In this document: piece after piece, positions 1-11,684 of the stretch | Layout: the number at the start of each line of letters is the position of its first letter | Position numbering within the stretch: the stretch's first letter is position 1 | Origin: Haliotis rufescens | Lineage: Eukaryota | Direction: 5' to 3' | Assembly: GCF_023055435.1 (NCBI RefSeq) | Contig: NW_025964361.1 | Location: 25,482,001 to 25,546,000, forward strand | DNA length: 64,000 bases | Position numbers and translations under genes: made by a program | Notes under the pieces: generated by a model | Told to the model about the DNA's origin: nothing | Seen by the model: the letters and a program-made list of their open reading frames with translations, nothing else | Databases searched by the model: none

Positions 1-1560
1 CACACTGCAGACATATACTCTCACAAGGTGCCCCTGTGATGTGATTGAAGCATTGCTACTCACGGTGAAGACATATACTCTCGCAGAAAGGTGCCCCTGT
101 GATGTGATTGAAGCATTGCTACTTATGCTGCAGACATATACTCTCGCAAGGTGCCGCTCTGATCTGATTGAAGCTATTGCTACTCATGCTGCAGACATAT
201 ACTCTTGCAAGGTGCCCCTGTGATCAGATTGAAGCTATTGCTCCTCACACTGCAGACATATACTCTTGCAAGGTGCCCCTGTGATCTGATTGAAGCTATT
301 GCTACTCACACACCGGACATATACTCTCGCAAGGTGCCCCTGTGATCAGATTGAAGCTATTGCTCCTCACACTGCAGACATATACTCTCGCAAGGTGCCC
401 CTGTGATCTGATTGAAGCTATTGCTACTCACACACCGGACATATACTCTCGCAAGGTGCCCCTGTGATGTGATTGAAGCTATTGCTACTCACACTGCAGA
501 CATATACTCTCGCAAGGTGCCCCTGTGATCAGATTGAAGCTATTGCTCCTCATACTGCAGACATATACTCTTGCAAGGTGCCCCTGTGATGTGATTGAAG
601 CTATTGCTACTCACACTGCAGACATATACTCTCGCAAGGTGCCCCTGTGATCAGATTGAAGCTATTGCTACTCATGCTGCAGACATATACTCTCGCAAGG
701 TGCCCCTGTGATCAGATTGAAGCACTGCTACTCATGCTGCAGACATATACTCTCGCAAGGTGCCCCTGTGATGTGATTGAAGCATTGCTACTTACGCTGC
801 AGACATATACTCTCGCAAGGTGCCCCTGTGATCAGATTGAAGCTATTGCTACTCACGCTGCAGACATATACTCTCGCAAGGTGCCCAAGTGATGTAATTG
901 AAGCTATTGCTACTCACACTGCAGACATATACTCTTGCAAGGTGCCCATGTGATCAGATTGAAGCTATTGCTACTCACACTGCAGACATATACTCTCACA
1001 AGGTGCCCCTGTGATCAGATTGAAGCTATTGCTACTCATGCTGCAGACATATACTCTCGCAAGGTGCCCCTGTGATGTGATTGAAGCATTGCTACTCATG
1101 CTGCAGACATATACTCTCGCAAGGTGCCGCTCTGATCTGATTGAAGCATTGCTACTCACACTGCAGACATATACTCTCGCAAGGTGCCCCTGTGATCAGA
1201 TTGAAGCTATTGCTAGTCACACTGCAGACATATACTCTCGCAAGGTGCCCCTGTGATCTGATTGAAGCATTGCTACTCACACTGCAGACATATACTCTCG
1301 CAAGGTGCCCCTGTGATGTGATTGAAGCTATTGCTACTCACACACCGGACATACACTCTCGCAAGGTGCCCCTGTGATGTGATTGAAGCTATTGCTACTC
1401 ACACTGCAGACATATACTCTCACAAGGTGCCCAAGTGATCAGATTGAAGCTATTGCTACTCACACTGCAGACAAATACTCTCACAAGGTGCTCCTGTGAT
1501 CAGATTGAAGCTATTGCTACTCACGCTGCAGACATATACTCTCGCAAGGTGCCCCTGTGA
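1..1560. repeat. 60/61-bp tandem array (~25 units, runs off the window) derived from the calpain-15 exon 3' end plus splice donor
   Basis: Unit ctcacactgcagacatatactctcgcaaggtgcccctgtgatcagattgaagctattgcta; the rightmost copy is the exon itself. Confidence 0.95.
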
Positions 1561-1669
1561 GTGTGGCTAGTCCCTCGATACACTTCCCCGCAACCATGGC
1601 CTCATAGCTGCCATGTAACTTGGCCATTGCCTTCTCGATAAGAGGAACCCAGAGTTGTCTTCTCTTGGC
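1525..1669 (-). CDS. CAPN15: Calpain-15 exon ([48 protein letters not shown]); gene continues beyond the left edge
   Basis: Acceptor gattttcag; motif LWxxLIEKAxAKLHGSY...LTGAP; donor C|GTGAGT at 1524 (phase 1). Confidence 0.92.
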
Positions 1670-1999
1670 CTGAAAATCACAAGTTGGAGGGTGGGGTAAA
1701 ATATGCAAGCAGAGGATGCAGGTGTTAGTCTTTACCAAAGACCATACCTAGTTTTGATTAGTACTGGTAGAAAAATATCATAAAAGGAAAGTTAGACAAT
1801 TGTCAGTCTGGCTTGACAATGATATAAGGATCTATATCGAAACTTCACCTTAGTTATCCATAAATTGTGTCTATTTGTCATCCGTCAACTTCTAAGTAAT
1901 GCCTATCAAACAATACATACATACTTTGACCAAACATGCAAAAATATATCATGTATCATCATCCTCATCCTCATCCTCATCCAAAATGTTCAGACTTAC

Positions 2000-2183
2000 C
2001 TGAGAGTAGATGAGCATGCCGTGCATATTGCAGGGAAGCAGATCATCGATGAGGACAATCTGCCAAGTCCCGTCCTTACACAGGCGCACCTGATACACCC
2101 CCTCCTCACAGTACTTCTTCGTCAGAATGATCTTCTCCACAAGCTCGGGTCTCTCAGCCAGCACAGCCAGGGAACTCAAAAAC
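2000..2183 (-). CDS. CAPN15: Calpain-15 exon ([18 protein letters not shown]...[23 protein letters not shown]...YSQ)
   Basis: Acceptor ttttcag; the first G completes the Trp codon. Calpain motif GxYxVRLxxDGxWxxVxIDDxLP. Donor CAG|GTAAGT. Confidence 0.93.
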
Positions 2184-2356
2184 CTGAAAATAATTGGATC
2201 GTCTTTGAAATCTGACATATTTATATGTAGACTGGCCTTTGAGCACTGGCATCGCTGCTCTTCGACAATGACATTTTCAAAGTGAGTCAATGTTGTCTCA
2301 ATATTCCAGCTATATAATGACAGCCTGAAAGAATAAACACAGGCACACACAGCCTT

Positions 2357-2436
2357 GCATGCAGTATCATGCAGTAACATGCAGTATCATGCAGTAACAT
2401 GCAGTATCATGCAGTAACATGCAGTATCATGCAGTA
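2357..2436. repeat. 10/20-bp intronic minisatellite (gcagtatcat/gcagtaacat)n
   Basis: Direct inspection. Confidence 0.85.
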
Positions 2437-2505
2437 TTTTACATTCTCATCAGTGTCATCACATTTATCGGTTTGTGGAAGCTATCCAGACTTGAAAATA
2501 CGCAC

Positions 2506-2714
2506 CAGCAATTTCCCAGAATTCCCTGGGAGATGTCCTCGGGCATCGGAGTCCTGTAAACCACCCAGGGTTGCTTCATCTCAGCTCTGCTAGACGGTGC
2601 AATTTTGTCCGGACGCAGCCACTGAATCTCCATATTAGCTGAAGGTTTGGGAGGTTCAATATACAGAGACTTTGGGGCAGGGAGAAAGGAGTCATCCACA
2701 AACGGCGTCTTGTT
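2506..2714 (-). CDS. CAPN15: Calpain-15 exon: start of the CysPc protease core with the catalytic Cys (NKTPFVDDSF...WLRP...DISQGILGNCW)
   Basis: Acceptor gatttcag at 2715-2716; calpain motifs FxDxxF, WxRP and QGxLGNCW; donor TG|GTGCGT (phase 2). Confidence 0.93.
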
Positions 2715-2959
2715 CTGAAATCACAACATGGTCAATCACATCAGTGACATTCTGGCATGATCAGCACATAAAGCAGAACAGGGCTTTACTTACTTGTTTT
2801 ACTGGGGGTCCATGGTCTAGAATACCAGCTTAACTAGGTTAGAAGATTAAAATGCCCTTGTAATGTTAAAACAAAGGGAAAATTGGGTAACTTGTACTAG
2901 CCCCGGGCTAGCAGGCTAGTGTTACGTTCTAACCCAGCTTATACATGTCAGCATGGCTA

Positions 2960-3390
2960 TTATAAGGGTAACGCTATTTTTCAGGGCATTATCATTTGCA
3001 GAAACCCCAGGTTTTCCATTAACTGCCCGACGAAGGAGTGCAGTTGAAAAGACCGAGGGCTTTTGCAAATGATAATGCCCTGAAAAATAGTGTTACTGTT
3101 ATTATAGCTAAAATGGATGGAATTTGTTATCAAATAAAAAGAAACAACAATATCGGTTTTGAAACATTTACTGAAATCAACACGAATGTCACTGACCCAC
3201 CTTTACAAATACGTAAACGTCATAGACAAACCAGATGACATCACAATTGAACGTGACGTCACCTATCCTATCCCTATGACGTCACCGAACAACGGGCGTG
3301 ATAATGGCCCGTCATCAAGCAATATGAGGGCATTATCAAGTTACAGTGGCCCGCTCATTTCTGATAACATGCGGGCAGTTTAATGATAAT
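2960..3390. mobile_element. Non-autonomous fold-back element with internal inverted repeats (family unassigned)
   Basis: ~40-bp arms at 2969-3008 and 3054-3096 are near-perfect reverse complements; aactgcccg (3021) is complementary to cgggcagtt (3372). Confidence 0.5.
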
Positions 3391-3667
3391 TCTATCCATT
3401 TTAGCTATGATGTTGAGTAATGACTCCAAACTGGACCTTCCCCTATCCAGTTTTTAAAAGTAAATAATGGGGGAACCATGGTTCAGATACCCCGTTATTT
3501 AATTTGAAAGTCCTGATGAGACATAGGTTAGGGTCCAGTCATACAAACATTACTGCACAATAACCATTACTGCATGCATAATCTCAAATTGGAAAGAGTC
3601 ACCAGGCATCCCTTAATTTAGTAAACCATGCAAACAGTAATGATTATGATAACAATCTTGTTTATGA

Positions 3668-3941
3668 ATGAGTGAGTGAGTGAATTGGGTTTAACACCAC
3701 TGTTAACAGTATTCCAGTTATATCACGACAGGTCAGCTTAATCATGTTAATGTGGGAGAAAAGCCCAAAGTGATGCAGGTCTCAGACGTTTACCACTTCG
3801 ATGAAACCCACGAGCACAGGTATGGTGCTGACAAACCTAGAAGCATTCACACCCACAATCATAGGTTTCTGGCATGCCCAAGGGACGTAACTCTGCACAG
3901 CGAAAAGCTGTGCCTTAGATGACTGGGCCACCTGTGCCCCC
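3668..3941 (-). mobile_element. SINE family C ((ACTC)n tail; head partly deleted)
   Basis: Colinear with the 21631-21912 copy; TSD atcttgtttatgaa. Confidence 0.8.
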
Positions 3942-4451
3942 ATCTTGTTTATGAACATGATTATCACAATTAACAAGATTAAGAGGACTTTCCAAACCAC
4001 TGATCATTCAAATGAAATTCTCAGACAAAGTTTATATAGAAAGCATCAAACCCAGAACCTGCTGAATATGAAAAACCCATTAAAGAATATTTTCCGTCCT
4101 GTGTCAAAAGCTGTTGAGCCTCCTAGCATGAATTTAAATCAGTCATATAAAAATATGTATTAAAACTGCAAACTTGGAGTAGTGTGGACCCCATTATTGG
4201 TGTGTGCTGTGCGTGGGGCTTGCAAGCCCATATAATAAAATAGTGGAGACTTGAAATAGTTTTGATCCCAAAATTGGTCAGTGCTGCGTGGCAACATCAA
4301 TCTGTTATTGTAATGGCCTGATGAGGCCACTCCGAGCTGAGAGCACTTCTCAAGTCTTCACTATTTAATTATCTTAAGCCTGAGAGTTGAACATATTCAT
4401 TATATACTTGACCCACACTCATAATACAAATCAGTGAAACAAGAAACCAAC

Positions 4452-5822
4452 CTGCTTGCAGAATAGAACTATAGTTTCCCATAGTTCCAGAGCCTCATGT
4501 TCTTCCGATTTCCTCATTTCTTCCATCAAGGAGCTTTCCTGTCTCATCAGTGTTCCTGGACCAGCAGGAACAAGAGCCTTGGAACGTTTATTTCTTGCCG
4601 ACTTACACATATTACACTTCACAGCAGTGGCATCGTTCCGATATGTGCACATGGAACACTGCCAGTTTGTGGGAGTCAGCCCCTCCCCAACTCCCCCTTC
4701 GCGTCTGCTCGACCCATGTTCATGTTGAGCATGCCCACAAGCCCCACACTCCGCCAACTCATTGCTGTTCAGTAGAGTACACTGCGGACACTGCCATTTA
4801 GATTTACTGTTGTGTCCAGCAGTTTTGGCACACCCACACATGAAACACACATGATGCTGGTCTGTATTGTCGTACGTGCACCGCGTGCACGACCACACCT
4901 CTGTGCCCAAACTCGGGGACGGACCTGGCTCTGGTGAGAGAGGCCCACGGGGAGATCGGTGAAAATATCTCACTGAATCTTGTTTAAATTCTATAGGAGT
5001 CTTTGGAGCTGTGTCGGTTTGATCTCTTGGGCAACTGCAATGATCGCACTGCTTGGCCCAGGAAGGGTTGAATGAAAAGCTGCATCGCCTACAAGTCCAC
5101 TCACTACCTGCGTCAAGCTGTCCACTTGTAGATGGTTTTATAACCTGTTTAGATCCACTTGGTTTGGGGGTAGTTGTCACCGGTGCAGTCTTACTATTTG
5201 CTTTCATCACTTCCTCGCCGTCTGGCTCACCTCGAGGAGCAGACGGCACAAAGTCTGTGAGGTCAATGACGTCTGGGACTGAGGTCGGGACTCGAGATAC
5301 TCGTGGAGCTCCACACATGCTACATCTTTTATCAGGAGCACCGTTCAACAATGTGCACTTACTACAACTCCACTCCTTGTCGCCATTTTGTTTCCCACCG
5401 GACGCTCCGTTTACCTGAGACTGATTTTCTTCACCAACCAAAATGCTTTCCCGCTCCTGATTTTGGATGTCAAGTTTCATTTTCGGTCTTGTGATTGGAG
5501 AGGAGGAAACAGACCCTGTCGATGAGCTTGTAGATTTTTTTCCATCCTTGGAATTTTTCTGTTTCAAAGGTTTTTTCTCCTTGGTCGCCCGTTCCCCATC
5601 TTCAAAGACATCATCTGAAGTTGAGGATATTCTGGAGTCTCTCTTGCCAGATGCTGCCACTCCGTTCGAATTGGATTTTTCCGTGGGCTGGTCTTCCCCA
5701 TTGGCTGAGTTAGAAAAAGATGTTCCACAAGCTGAACACTCAATGGTGTTGATATCATTGATGAGAGTACATGTGTCACACTTCCAGTCTTGGAGGGTAT
5801 CATAGTCCATAGGTTCTCCCAT
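4452..5822 (-). CDS. CAPN15: Calpain-15 / small optic lobes (SOL), first coding exon: six RanBP2/NZF-type zinc fingers
   Basis: ORF 4431-5822 has six W-x-C-x2-C-x3/4-N-x6-C-x2-C motifs (WKCDTC, WSCSKC, WTCRRC, WSCTRC, WQCPQC, WQCSMC). In-frame stops lie upstream of ATG 5822. Acceptor atttcag at 5904-5905, so the exon starts at 5903. Donor CAG|GTTGGT at 4451, phase 0, joins in frame to the protease exons. Confidence 0.93.
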
Positions 5823-6531
5823 GCTTGGCTAATGCTTACAGCAGTGCTACTTCAGCTACACTAAAGATCCATTCTGACTTTCTTGGAAGAGGTTACATCA
5901 ATTCTGAAATAGCAATAACCTTATTTATAGTGTTCAGGTGACAGCTTAGTGAAAGATAAAAACAGGCTGTAGACTCTTTTTTTCCACTTTGGAACAACCC
6001 AAGAGTTCAGGTGAGTGAGTGAGTAGGGTTTAACACCACTTTGAACCAGGAGCACAAGTCTGGACGGGGCAGACGTATACCCATAATCAGAACAAACTAG
6101 TATTTGTGTGAATCAGTGAGTTGTTTCGACAGTATTTCAGTCACACAAGGCTGAATAACCGAATAAAGTGTTAAGTGCCACTACTTTTATATAATTGCTT
6201 GGCATGTTTGGATTTTGCTACCATGGACAATAATATGTTACATGAAAAAACATTGGTTACAACATACTGCTACAAATAAAAAACATTCATTAATAAGTGT
6301 ACTGGTTGTTATCATTAACATAGCCAAATTCTGTTTTGTATCTTATTAAATAATTATCGACAGAAATGAGACAAATGGTAGTGTAATATGATCCTGGCCA
6401 CTACCATGACTACCGTCATGTTTCTACCAACACAGATGTATACCCATACACAGTTACTGGTTAATCTAAACCTGAAAACACCCAGCCCATGTTGAGTGAT
6501 GAGTGAGAGCTGTCAGTTGTAACAAACAGCA

Positions 6532-6878
6532 TACCGTATTCGATGTAATAAGGGCCAGGGCGCTCTCAAAATTAGAAATAGGGGGCTCTTATTAGAATAT
6601 TATTTTGGTTGAAAAAACAGAGTTGAAAGATAAATTTCGTGGTTTATGGTGACAGCCTGAAATGTTTATATACGACAGATATATTTTTTCAGAATTTAAT
6701 TGCCCATAATTAAGGGTGCATATAACACACGAGTGCGTATTATATGCGAATAAATAAGTCTTGTGTACACTGATCAATCGGAAGGGGTGCTAATTGGGAT
6801 TGTTCACTAGCCAATATATGAGCAATTATCGCTGTGGGTGCTTATTAGAGCGGGGTGCTTATTACGTCAATTACGGTA
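6532..6878. mobile_element. Tc1/mariner (pogo-like) MITE, ~345 bp
   Basis: TIR taccgtattcgatgtaataag / cttattacgtcaattacggta with TA ends; near-identical copies at 29880 and 41984. Confidence 0.85.
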
Positions 6879-7104
6879 GTACATGCCAGTCAGTGCACAT
6901 CGTACCACATCTCATGATGGTAAAGCTTTGCACATTAGGCTAGTGTTATTCAAACTTGGATAATAACAATTTCAATTTGCTACTAAATAATGTGGGCATA
7001 TTGGATAGTGCTGATTTTCTATATTTCTGAAATCCTGCAGTTTGCCTTGAGGAATAGTGTTTTCAGGGTTACTATGGTTACACCACAAGGAGGGTAAAAC
7101 CTCA

Positions 7105-7490
7105 TGGTGAAACAATACAGCAAGGTCATGATACGATACGTATCAAGATACATAGGTCACAATACAATACGTAGTGCAATACTCATATTTACGTCAAATC
7201 GCATGGAAACTTCATGACAATAGATATTTCAGAGCAGGTTCAAAAGGAAAAGCTAGCTGTAGACACATGTTCATAGCAGCTATTTTTAGTAGTGAATTTG
7301 AAACTCTTAATTACAACACATTTTGCTATATCTGACTGACAAAAACGCCAGGTTCACTAAACAAGTAGTAAGTAATTTATTTCAGCAGGTGTATCGTCTT
7401 GTATTGATACAGAAAAAAAAGTATCGTGTATCATATCCTCGCATGAAAACTCACAACGCACTGGTGCAACAATATATCGTTTCACCCCTA
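7105..7490. mobile_element. hAT-like MITE with (ACGAT) subterminal repeats
   Basis: Ends tatcgtttcacccct; similar to the element at 53215-53603. Confidence 0.55.
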
Positions 7491-8491
7491 GACTAAATAT
7501 GTTAAAGTCACTAAACCTTTGGCTCCTTTATTAATTAGGCCAAAATCCCTGACTTGAACTTAGAGGAGTCGGGTCTAGCACATCTTACATCACCATGACG
7601 ATTTGTGTTTTCAATTGTGTGGGCACCAATTTCCGGGTCTTTAAATTGCAGGGAATGATTTACTGTTAGGTGGGTAGAGTCCTCTTCATAGAAACAGGTA
7701 CAAGTACGCCTTCCAACAGTCACTTATGATGGTTGTTCCTGGCCTTATGTGCTTTATATTATGGGAATCAAGGTCTCAACAGTTCTGGCCCTGTTTATAA
7801 ACTGGAGCAAAAAAGAAAACACTTCCTGCTGCCTTCTTCCTTTTCAATACAACAAAACACCCACTTTTTCTCAACCTGTCTCTCAGGTTCACTTCTCACA
7901 AAATACTGAGTTAACCTGTATACCCAACAATTTATCTGAAGGAATTTTCTAAATTGTAAACCAGGATGCTTGGGAAATAGAGGGTGAAGTAGTCATCATG
8001 GTTATTGTCTTGGCTGTAGCTCTTGTCTTTGCACAAACAAAATTTACCAATACAGCATTTTTGACAGGGCATTCTTCTATATCATTACCATATTAGAAAA
8101 ATATATTCTGGACATTTTAATAACAATCAATCAATATCCTTGAAAATGAACCGATCTGAAACCTGGTAGCGTGTCTGCATAACGTGGAAAGAAACCCAAA
8201 GAGTTTTGGTGAAAACCATGAACATGGGTGCCAACAGACCAAGGATCATAATTAGAACATAAATGAGATTCAAGCCTCAACCATGGATCCTCTGCACAGA
8301 CTTGTAGCCTTGTTTGACAAGTGGGACACCCATGTTGTATGATGTATGGACTTTCAATAAATATTTATAACAGGAAACGGTAGTAATTTGTCAGTCAGCT
8401 ACCTAGAGATGAGATCTTATATGTTTCTTTTAATATTCATAATTTTAGTGAAATTTCTCAATTTGAAAACGATAAGCACATGAATACTCAC

Positions 8492-8572
8492 TGTGTAGAA
8501 GAATTATTAACCAAATACTAGGTATTACACGTTTACATTATTCATAACTCACCGAATATCAGAAAAGAACAT
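8492..8572 (-). other. Putative non-coding 5' UTR exon of calpain-15
   Basis: Acceptor tgtttgtattttcag at 8573-8574; GTGAGT donors at 8547-8552 and 8486-8491; a further GTAAGT donor at 8777-8782 may end exon 1. Confidence 0.4.
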
Positions 8573-8854
8573 CTGAAAATACAAACAGTACAGCTTGATT
8601 TCAAATTTACAAATTTCACTTTCTTCTTCTTTTGCCTTGACTGACAGCTTTCGTGACAAGCTGGATACATTATCTGAGGGTATTACGTCGATGTACAACA
8701 TATATCGTGAGCCTGTCAATGGTTAAACGAGAGAGAACTGCATAAATGTAAACAAACATCCATTTAGGCCACAAAAACTTACAGTGTTGGGCGATATCCT
8801 TCACGAATTTATGTTCCGATTGCACTTATCTACCCAAAACATATACGCAATTGT

Positions 8855-8900
8855 AATATTGGTCGTCATTGGTTTACTTCCTACTTAGCAGCCAATCAAA
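8855..8900 (-). promoter_or_regulatory. CCAAT-box cluster, candidate calpain-15 promoter
   Basis: ATTGG at 8858 and 8868 and CCAAT at 8892, just upstream of the candidate exon-1 donor. Confidence 0.3.
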
Positions 8901-9620
8901 AGACACATAACATGTCCGACTGACATGTATACCGTTTGCCTAAAAACTAATTGTAGCATCATTTGTATTTGAACAGACGTCTTCAAGTCTATTACTGGCA
9001 AATAGTTTAAAACATTTTAAATAGATATCAACAAGAAACGATATTAGTTTTCCCTCTCATTTGCAGTTTATGCTTTAAACTCAGCGTATATAGAACACGT
9101 TCACAATTGTGCTCGAAACATTCTGCCATCTTCTTGATGTCTCTGGGAGACAAAGAATCTTCATTAGTTTGTTGTTTATGATATTAATATTCCCTTTAAA
9201 GATCAAAACTTAGTTACTTTCCAACATAAAAAGGGCAAATAAATGTCAGTAAATGCTGCTCCCGTTACAATATTAAAAGATTCTCAGAATCTTTACTTCA
9301 TTATATGGGAGTACCGTATCATAACCTTCACAAATTTGTAGTTTGTGGATAATGTAAATAATATATCATGAAATGTTCATAAAAAATGTTTGTGATTATT
9401 GTAAGTATATATAACATATTCATTAAAGTTTTACAGTTTTTAATAAACACATCAGTTCATACAGATGCACTGTCGATGACGTTTACTATCTTCCGTAGAT
9501 ACATATTTTGTACAAAGGCGTTTTATCATTAAATTCAGTTTATGCCAGTGACATATTTAACTACCAAAACAATCTGCAAAACCTGTCACATGCATTCAGA
9601 TACCATATAGTAATACTGGC

Positions 9621-9862
9621 ACCCGTGAAGATGCGGGTTAGTATTGGTCTTCAGCAACCCATGCCTGTTGTAAGAGGCGACTAACGGTATCGGGTGGTCC
9701 GGATCGCTGACTTGGTTGATGTATGTCATCGTGTCCCACTTCCGAAGATTGATGCCCATGATGTCAATCACTGGACTGGCTGGTCTAGATTCGCTTATTT
9801 ACACACCGCCGTCATACAGCTGAGATATTGCTGAGTGCGGCGTTAAACAACAAACACAAACA
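9621..9862 (+). mobile_element. SINE-like family A (no tRNA head, (AAAC)n tail)
   Basis: Consensus cccgtgaagatccggg...gctggaatattgctgagtgcggcgttaaacaac; more than 12 copies in the window. Confidence 0.85.
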
Positions 9863-10691
9863 TACAAAACACCACAGTTATATTGGTAAGATCAGGCTGT
9901 AAGCTCAGGTCTGTCTGGCACAGATTTAGATTTCAGGCCGTGATATGATAGCTATAGGGTATTACTAGAGCTTACTGTTGCGTAAAACAACATTAAATAA
10001 ATAACTACGCACCTAGTTGACAAGACAGATACATCAGGAAGCGCCACTACTCTCGTTACGGATGCAACTTGTAATACACAATAAGGATGACGTTTAATGT
10101 GGATTGTACTACTTATATATGTTCAGTCGATTCCGCGCATACAATGGGAGTCGTAGTTGGCCAGTAGTTACGAGAAGTGTGAAGTTCAGTTTACTTAGTA
10201 ATATAGATCAAAACTGTTATACGCACGAATACCGAGATTCCTTGAAAAATATACTGAAATACTTTTAAAAAAAATAAAAAATTCTGTGTTCTCTTTGAAT
10301 TTGTGCAGTATGAATACAGTAAATGTTGTTATTATTTTTTTAGCAATGGTTAAAACTAAACTGCCGGTCAAAAGAAACTAAAACATTTGAAACTTGGATT
10401 TGACCAAAACATTAGAAATGTTATCAAAATGGTTACCTGGCTGAAAACAGCTCAAAACACAACTATGATATCCGTATCAAATACATCACCATCGACTAAC
10501 CATTTCGTGTTTGTTTCATATGTTGCCACTCATACACGTGTATGTTTTCTTTTGTCCGGCGTTTTACATCCTCGCAAGTCAGAGTGTCCCCGGAATTTAA
10601 CGCCGTACTCCGCAATATTCCAGATTCCATCCATACAGCTACAGGGTGATGACATGTAAATAACCTCAGACGAACCAATGCGTGATATAAT

Positions 10692-10766
10692 AGTGTTAGT
10701 GTGTGTTAGTGTGTTAGTGTGTGTTAGTGTGTTTGTGTTTTTAGTGTTAGTGTTAGTGTGTTAGTG

Positions 10767-10809
<43 letters not shown>
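10692..10809. repeat. (GTTAGT)/(GT)n compound microsatellite
   Basis: Direct inspection. Confidence 0.9.
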
Positions 10810-10811
<2 letters not shown>

Positions 10812-11320
10812 AGTGCCTCATTTAAATCGTAACCGATGATTTCATCGAAACTCAAATTATGAATGCATTCGTAGTCTTCAGAAGACATTTTAAAAGAGAA
10901 TATATGGATATTTTACGAGCGCTTCCATCGTTAACTTAATCATTATCCCACATTGTGACAACTGTATGTTATGTTAGGTAAGAGGTATAACAACAATGGG
11001 TCAAGTCAATACGGTATATCCAAAGAGAGAGTGAGTATATTTTACAATAGTCCAGAAATGTCACACCAGAAATGAGCTTTCGCCATTGTACCCGTCTGGG
11101 GGGTATCGAACCTCGAACACTAAAAATGAATATGCATCACGGGCTTATCTCTGGATCGGGTGATACGACTAGAACACAATACATGCAAGGGGTGTGATGC
11201 ACATTGTTGCACCTGCTGCACTTTGAAGACCCTGTTTCTGCTGGGCATATTTTGTTTATTGTGACCAGGGTGGGCCCATATGTATTGAGTGACAGAAGGC
11301 CAGTAGTATGTGAGTGCGTG

Positions 11321-11684
11321 NNNNNNNNNNNNNNNNNNNNNNNNNNNNNNNNNNNNNNNNNNNNNNNNNNNNNNNNNNNNNNNNNNNNNNNNNNNNNNNN
11401 NNNNNNNNNNNNNNNNNNNNNNNNNNNNNNNNNNNNNNNNNNNNNNNNNNNNNNNNNNNNNNNNNNNNNNNNNNNNNNNNNNNNNNNNNNNNNNNNNNNN
11501 NNNNNNNNNNNNNNNNNNNNNNNNNNNNNNNNNNNNNNNNNNNNNNNNNNNNNNNNNNNNNNNNNNNNNNNNNNNNNNNNNNNNNNNNNNNNNNNNNNNN
11601 NNNNNNNNNNNNNNNNNNNNNNNNNNNNNNNNNNNNNNNNNNNNNNNNNNNNNNNNNNNNNNNNNNNNNNNNNNNNNNNNNNNN
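11321..11684. other. Assembly gap (N run)
   Basis: N characters. Confidence 1.

Noticed and set aside
41-1377. Plus-strand ORFs ([16 protein letters not shown] repeats)
   Set aside because: Antisense translations of the 60/61-bp array; 61-bp units shift the frame.
1-1560. CRISPR-like regular array
   Set aside because: No unique spacers; whole units are duplicated, the context is eukaryotic and there are no cas genes.
4456-5805. Plus-strand and alternative-frame ORFs over the zinc-finger exon
   Set aside because: Shadow ORFs of the calpain-15 CDS.
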